From Candidatus Magasanikiibacteriota bacterium (lineage in GTDB: Bacteria > Patescibacteriota > Patescibacteriia > Magasanikbacterales > UBA922): a DNA stretch of 64,000 nt. Location of the stretch: NCBI GenBank assembly GCA_041665025.1, contig JBAYJP010000002.1, forward strand, positions 64,691 to 128,690. The letters run 5' to 3'. A program made the position numbers and the translations under genes. The notes below the pieces were generated by a model that was given only the letters and a program-made list of their open reading frames with translations, had not been told where the DNA came from and searched no databases. Below are positions 59,562-64,000 of this stretch, piece by piece (the stretch's first letter is position 1; each line of letters starts with the position of its first letter).

Positions 59562-59640
59562 AGTATATAATTTTAGTATTATATCATCTATAGTAGCACG
59601 TAAACAAAAATATCAACAATTTACTGTTGATATTAAAGCT

Positions 59641-59717
59641 TGGTCGGGGTGATAGGACTTGAACCTACGGCCTCATCGTCCCAAACGACGCGCTCTAGCC
59701 AACTGAGCTACACCCCG
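59641..59717 (-). tRNA. tRNA-Pro(TGG)
   Basis: CGGGGTG.../CACCCCG-A-CCA, anticodon arm CGTCG-TT-TGG-GA-CGATG. Confidence 0.95.
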
Positions 59718-60387
59718 CTTTTAAACCATCTATAAAACCAATTATTGTATGAAATAAATCAACACGATAGACACGGACATGAACAGTTCCATTCGTTAAG
59801 TACCTCTTCTGCTTCCCTCTGCTGGCGCTACTTCTCACTATTGAAGTTGCAATAAATTGAGTAGCAGGAACACCTATTATTTTCTGCCAATATTCAAGTG
59901 CCTTTTTCCTTTGTTTTTGTGAATGTACTGCCAATTGTATTCTAAAATCTTTTTCTTTTACATGGCAAATCTCCCTAAAAAATCTCATCATCATCCGTAT
60001 CATGTCTGGATCTGAATTGGTAAAATCAACACATTTCCAAAGACTTCCTTCAGCTCCTTTTTTGTATCCTTCTCCCCAATACAAAGCAATCCCCATCATA
60101 AACAAATCCCTCTGAGAAATCTTTCCAATCTGTTTTGCAAAATATTCTCTGATTTGTTGAGCTTTTTGTTTTGCGTGTGTGGTCTGATCTTTATTCCTTC
60201 GAATAAGGGCCCGTACACTCTTTTGCCTTCCCTTTTTTTGTATTTTTTCTTGAGCAGAATGAGATAAAACAATGTCTGAGAGCCAAAAAGATAGTGTACT
60301 TTTGGGAACAGACGTCGCACGAGAAATTTCAGTATAGCTTCTGCCTCTCTTTCTGAGTTGTATTGCAATTGATTTATCTGTTCTCAT
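59695..60387 (-). CDS. HTH + single-motif LAGLIDADG-like protein overlapping the tRNA-Pro 5' end
   Basis: N-terminal HTH 'GRSYTEISRATSVPKSTLSFWL', 'GIALYWGEG', 'FTNSDPDMIRMMMRFF'. Confidence 0.65.
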   Translation of the reverse strand: MRTDKSIAIQLRKRGRSYTEISRATSVPKSTLSFWLSDIVLSHSAQEKIQKKGRQKSVRALIRRNKDQTTHAKQKAQQIREYFAKQIGKISQRDLFMMGIALYWGEGYKKGAEGSLWKCVDFTNSDPDMIRMMMRFFREICHVKEKDFRIQLAVHSQKQRKKALEYWQKIIGVPATQFIATSIVRSSASRGKQKRYLTNGTVHVRVYRVDLFHTIIGFIDGLKAGCSSVG

Positions 60388-60441
60388 ATAATTGAACCTA
60401 CGGCACGTTGACGAAATTAGTATACCGTAGGTTCAATTATA
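60387..60441. promoter_or_regulatory. 17-bp perfect inverted repeat (candidate operator)
   Basis: TATAATTGAACCTACGG (60387-60403) / CCGTAGGTTCAATTATA (60425-60441). Confidence 0.6.
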
Positions 60442-60448
60442 CTGCAAG

Positions 60449-60743
60449 TGCCGAGGGCCAGGATTGAACTGGCGACACAAGGATTTTCCTTTTGACTTAT
60501 ATTTCTATAAGGATCGGACTATATCTTCATCCCGATTAAATCGGGAGTTGGGCGCTTATGCATGATTATTGTTGATACTCACACGCTAGTCTCTACACCT
60601 TTTCTGGGAGTCTAATCGCCAGAACTTGGCTCGGGATTGCCTTTTTAATAAGGTTTCCCCGAATTCACCCAAATTTCTCATTCTAAATTACTTTAGAAGG
60701 GACCGAAAACCAGTCCTCTGCTCTACCACTGAGCTACCTCGGC
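60449..60743 (-). tRNA. tRNA-Phe(GAA), intron-containing (exons 60712-60743 and 60449-60488)
   Basis: Joined exons give GCCGAGG...GAGGA-CT-GAA-AA-TCCTT...GTTCAATC...CCTCGGC-A. Confidence 0.9.
60489..60711 (-). ncRNA. group I intron (223 nt, no ORF)
   Basis: P1 GGACU/GGUCC with U.G at the 5' splice site; P GAATTCGGGGAAAC, Q AATCCCGAGC, R GTAGAGACTA, S AAGATATAGTCC; terminal G. Confidence 0.9.
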
Positions 60744-60780
60744 ATTTAACGTGGTAAAACAAATTCCTTTAGTCAAGGAA

Positions 60781-60856
60781 TGGTGGACCCGAGGAGATTC
60801 GAACTCCTGACCTCATGCGTGCAAAGCAAGCGCTCTACCAACTAAGCTACGGGCCC
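60781..60856 (-). tRNA. tRNA-Ala(TGC)
   Basis: GGGCCCG.../CGGGTCC-A-CCA with G3.U70, anticodon TT-TGC-AC. Confidence 0.95.
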
Positions 60857-60957
60857 TTGTATTTAAAAACGAAAAAAGTATACCAATCTAACTAAAAAAA
60901 GTCAAGGAGTATTATATGACAAAAATCGCCTTTTCAGCGATTTTTGTTTTTCCGCTT

Positions 60958-62655
60958 TTACGAATGCCCTGTTGTATACCTCAACTTCATCTCATTTTTT
61001 TGTTCAACTCTCAAATCTTTAAACGTTTTTGAACTCCACGGTTTATGCTTGAGTACATCCACAATCCACTGCCCTCCAAGCAAATGCGGCATCATCACAT
61101 AATCTGCACCAGCTTCGTACAAGTCTTCCAAATAGGTATTGTGATATAAATTTGCAATAATAAGTGGCTTGCTACTCAAGCGACGAACATGTGTAATGAG
61201 TGTTTTCTCATCATCTGGTTCGGGAATGGTTGAGATAATAAGTTTCGCTTTATCAAGTGGCAACCCGTCTAAAAATTCCACATCTGATGCATCACCAAAA
61301 AATGCTGGAATACCTCGACGTTTAAGTTTTTCTACTGATTCTGGATTGTAGTCAACAACAGCAAACGAAATTTTTTGTTCTGCCAATGCTTCGCAGACCT
61401 TCCATCCAATACGATGATACCCAAATACCCACACGGTAAATACCTCCTCCTCGTTAGGCTCTTTTTTCTGTGTTTTATCTTTTCCAAAATAATTGAGCAA
61501 AGGAATTAATTTTTGATACAATTGCTCGTTGTACGTAATCAAATATGACGAGACTACAATCGTGATCAATGCAACAATAGTTAAGACAGCAAGCTCATGG
61601 CCGTGTAAATAACCAAGCTCAGTTCCTTTGAAAACCAAAATAAAACCAAACTCGCTTACTTGCGCCGCAGTAATCCCGGCCAAAAAGGCACTCCGGCGCG
61701 TGTATTTCAATTTGCGCATGACATGATACAAAACAAATGGATCTATAATGAGAACAAACAGTGAAAGTACAAGCCCTGGCGCAAGTGCCTGCCGTACGTC
61801 TCCAAACTGGAGTTCACTACCAAGTACCACGAAGAACAACACAATAAAAAAATCACGCAATGGCCGAATACGGCTACTTATCTCGCTTTGATATACGGTT
61901 GCACCAAGGGAAATGCCCGCGATAATAGCACCAATCTCTATACTAAAACCAACCACATACACGAGGCTTGCAACGCCAAAACACCACGCAATAGTAAAAA
62001 TAAATAATAGTTCTCCCGACCGCGCAATTTTATCCATGATAAAAGGCAAAAGATATTTTGACATAATCACCACAAGACCTACCAGTACAAACCCTTTGCC
62101 AAGCGTCAGAAGCGTGGTCACATACCACGACTCGCCATACGTCTTGCTTGTGTTCAAAAATATCATGATGCCAATTGCAATAATATCCTGAACGAGGAGT
62201 ACACCAATGACATACCGACCATACACGGTCTCCAAATCTTTCTTCTCTGCCAAAAGTTTAATGACAATAATCGTGCTTGAAAATGCTACGGAAATAGAGA
62301 TAAAAAGCGATGAAATAAAACTAAAATGAAATAGTGTCATGAGCACATATCCAAGTCCTGCGGTCACCACGAATTGCAAAAATGTACCAACAAATATCGG
62401 CCTGCCCATTTTCTTTATATGTTCAACATCCAGACTCAGACCAACAATAAACAACAAAAGTACAATACCGAACTGCGCAAACGTATCAAAAAAATTTTCT
62501 GCTCCATGCACAATATCCAAAAAAAGAGGGCCGGCGACAAGACCTGCGACAATATATGCAACTACCAGCGGCTGACGCAACAAACGCATGATACACGCGA
62601 TTGAAACCGTAATGCCGAGTATAACTGAAATTTGAAGAAAAATGTTGTCAGACAT
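60958..62655 (-). CDS. cation:proton antiporter (CPA2, KefC-like) with TrkA-N domain
   Basis: 'GIVLLLFIVGL', 'SSTIIVIKLL', 'LLVQDI', 'AQVSEFGF', 'GYHRIG', 'FGDAS'. Confidence 0.9.
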   Translation of the reverse strand: MSDNIFLQISVILGITVSIACIMRLLRQPLVVAYIVAGLVAGPLFLDIVHGAENFFDTFAQFGIVLLLFIVGLSLDVEHIKKMGRPIFVGTFLQFVVTAGLGYVLMTLFHFSFISSLFISISVAFSSTIIVIKLLAEKKDLETVYGRYVIGVLLVQDIIAIGIMIFLNTSKTYGESWYVTTLLTLGKGFVLVGLVVIMSKYLLPFIMDKIARSGELLFIFTIAWCFGVASLVYVVGFSIEIGAIIAGISLGATVYQSEISSRIRPLRDFFIVLFFVVLGSELQFGDVRQALAPGLVLSLFVLIIDPFVLYHVMRKLKYTRRSAFLAGITAAQVSEFGFILVFKGTELGYLHGHELAVLTIVALITIVVSSYLITYNEQLYQKLIPLLNYFGKDKTQKKEPNEEEVFTVWVFGYHRIGWKVCEALAEQKISFAVVDYNPESVEKLKRRGIPAFFGDASDVEFLDGLPLDKAKLIISTIPEPDDEKTLITHVRRLSSKPLIIANLYHNTYLEDLYEAGADYVMMPHLLGGQWIVDVLKHKPWSSKTFKDLRVEQKNEMKLRYTTGHS

Positions 62656-62855
62656 ACTATACGATAAATGCAGAGTGACGAAAATAGTTATAAAGTTGAA
62701 AGTTGTAAAGTTATAAAGTCAATGGAAACATTGATACGTAATGCCTGTCTGCCCAAGCCTAGCACTGACGGACAGATATGTTATATGTTATATGTTATAT
62801 GTTATATGTTATATGTTATGTGATATGTGTTATGTGTTACGTGCTACGTGATACG

Positions 62856-64000
62856 TTATCTTACAAAAAATAATCCGACAAAACTTACTGCAATAATAAT
62901 AAGTACTGAGACCAAAAATTTAATTGAAAATTTGCGACTGCCTTGCATGAATGAAAATCCAAACTTTGAAAGCAAATTTGTTGCATTGACTAATATAAAG
63001 GTAATAAGAGCAGTCTTGAATGTAATTACTTTCCCTGCCATGTCTGCCAGGTTGATGACAATGGCATCAATGCCGGCAAATGAAGCAATAACTGAACTGA
63101 TCATAAAACCAGAATTGCCAAAGAGCACCAGACAAACCTTTGTCACGAGCTTCACACTAATCAAAATACATGCAAATTTAATTGCCGGCTTTAACGCAAA
63201 AATCTTTCTATCTCCTTCTTTTTTATCGCGCGATGCAGAACCATTTGTCTGATTTTCTTTTTTTGACAAATAAAATGCGGAAAGTATGCCCGTCGTAATT
63301 ATAATAAGTAATAGAGTTGGGGTTATAACCGCAAGCAATTGGCCATTTAGAGGTCCTACCAACAAAAATATCTGAAAAAAGCTCGCAAGATTGGCAAGCA
63401 ACGCAGCGCCGATAAGTGAATTTACCATCGGTGATTTTTTGCTTTTTTGCGCAAGTGATTGTGTGGTAGACGTAGAAGAAATAAAACCAGCGACAAAACT
63501 GGTGAGAGTAAAACTCTTTTTATTTCCTACCACCTTGCCAAGTACATACCCAAATACATCAATGCCCGTAACCAAAGCGATGATAAGCCATAATTTTCTT
63601 GGATTAAAGATTTCTAATGTTGCAAATGTTCCTAGACTCAAATCATAGCTGTTCAACAATGTCGACAAATAAGGAATATCCGTTAATAAAAACGGCTTAT
63701 TGGGCAAAAATGGCAATATCACAAGCGTAATAATCGCGTAGCTAATAAAGGACTGCAATTCTTGTTGAGAAATGCCCACCACCACCTGACGCGTATGTGT
63801 CTTGATAGACAAGATGAGCAAAACGACAATAAGCAATGCAACGACCAGTTGCAGAGCCATTAATTCTGATGTAATAAAAAAACCAATAAGAAACGCAAAA
63901 ACAACTGAAATCTCATTTGTAAGCCCTGTTCGTTTTGAAATGAGAGAGCCCAGCACATAATACGCAACAACTAACGAGCTCAGTAGAATAGAAAGAACCA
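62856..64000 (-). CDS. MgtC/SapB + DUF4010 membrane protein (5' end outside the window)
   Basis: 'GLTNE', 'VILPFLPN', 'GFISSTSTT', 'AGIDA'. Confidence 0.75.
   Translation of the reverse strand, partial: VLSILLSSLVVAYYVLGSLISKRTGLTNEISVVFAFLIGFFITSELMALQLVVALLIVVLLILSIKTHTRQVVVGISQQELQSFISYAIITLVILPFLPNKPFLLTDIPYLSTLLNSYDLSLGTFATLEIFNPRKLWLIIALVTGIDVFGYVLGKVVGNKKSFTLTSFVAGFISSTSTTQSLAQKSKKSPMVNSLIGAALLANLASFFQIFLLVGPLNGQLLAVITPTLLLIIITTGILSAFYLSKKENQTNGSASRDKKEGDRKIFALKPAIKFACILISVKLVTKVCLVLFGNSGFMISSVIASFAGIDAIVINLADMAGKVITFKTALITFILVNATNLLSKFGFSFMQGSRKFSIKFLVSVLIIIAVSFVGLFFVR

Noticed and set aside
95-62858. CRISPR array
   Set aside because: Repeats are 7-9-nt tandem units without unique spacers, and there are no cas genes.
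1-64000. Alternative genetic code (UGA=Gly)
   Set aside because: Conserved genes are full length under code 11, and TGA serves as a stop (e.g. 38134-38136).

Overview
AT-rich bacterial chromosome segment using the standard genetic code. Gene content (many VirB2/TrbC-like pilins, a TrmB regulator, an rpsF-ssb-rpsR operon, few biosynthetic genes, few Shine-Dalgarno motifs) suggests a Patescibacteria/CPR genome; this is inference. Housekeeping genes: rpsA, gyrA, ruvA, pepA, ileS with T-box, rpiB, rpe, trxB-like, Xer-like recombinase, galU, rpsF/ssb/rpsR, and five tRNAs. Accessory loci: three tandem ABC-2 permease pairs sharing one ATPase, a KamA + 3 ATP-grasp + GNAT operon behind a structured leader, an 11-gene pilin array, and a minor type IV pilin trio. 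Strongest leads: (1) two Avd-like four-helix-bundle genes, each bracketed by inverted arrays of its own 8- or 9-nt repeat, while these and other short-period repeat families recur as gene-less palindromes and as in-frame inserts in essential genes; (2) an HTH/LAGLIDADG-like gene running into tRNA-Pro, with an upstream 17-bp inverted repeat that copies part of that tRNA's T-arm region; (3) a group I intron in the tRNA-Phe(GAA) anticodon loop; (4) an actinobacterial-type ultrashort ileS T-box. All protein family calls come from motif recognition by eye; no searches were run.
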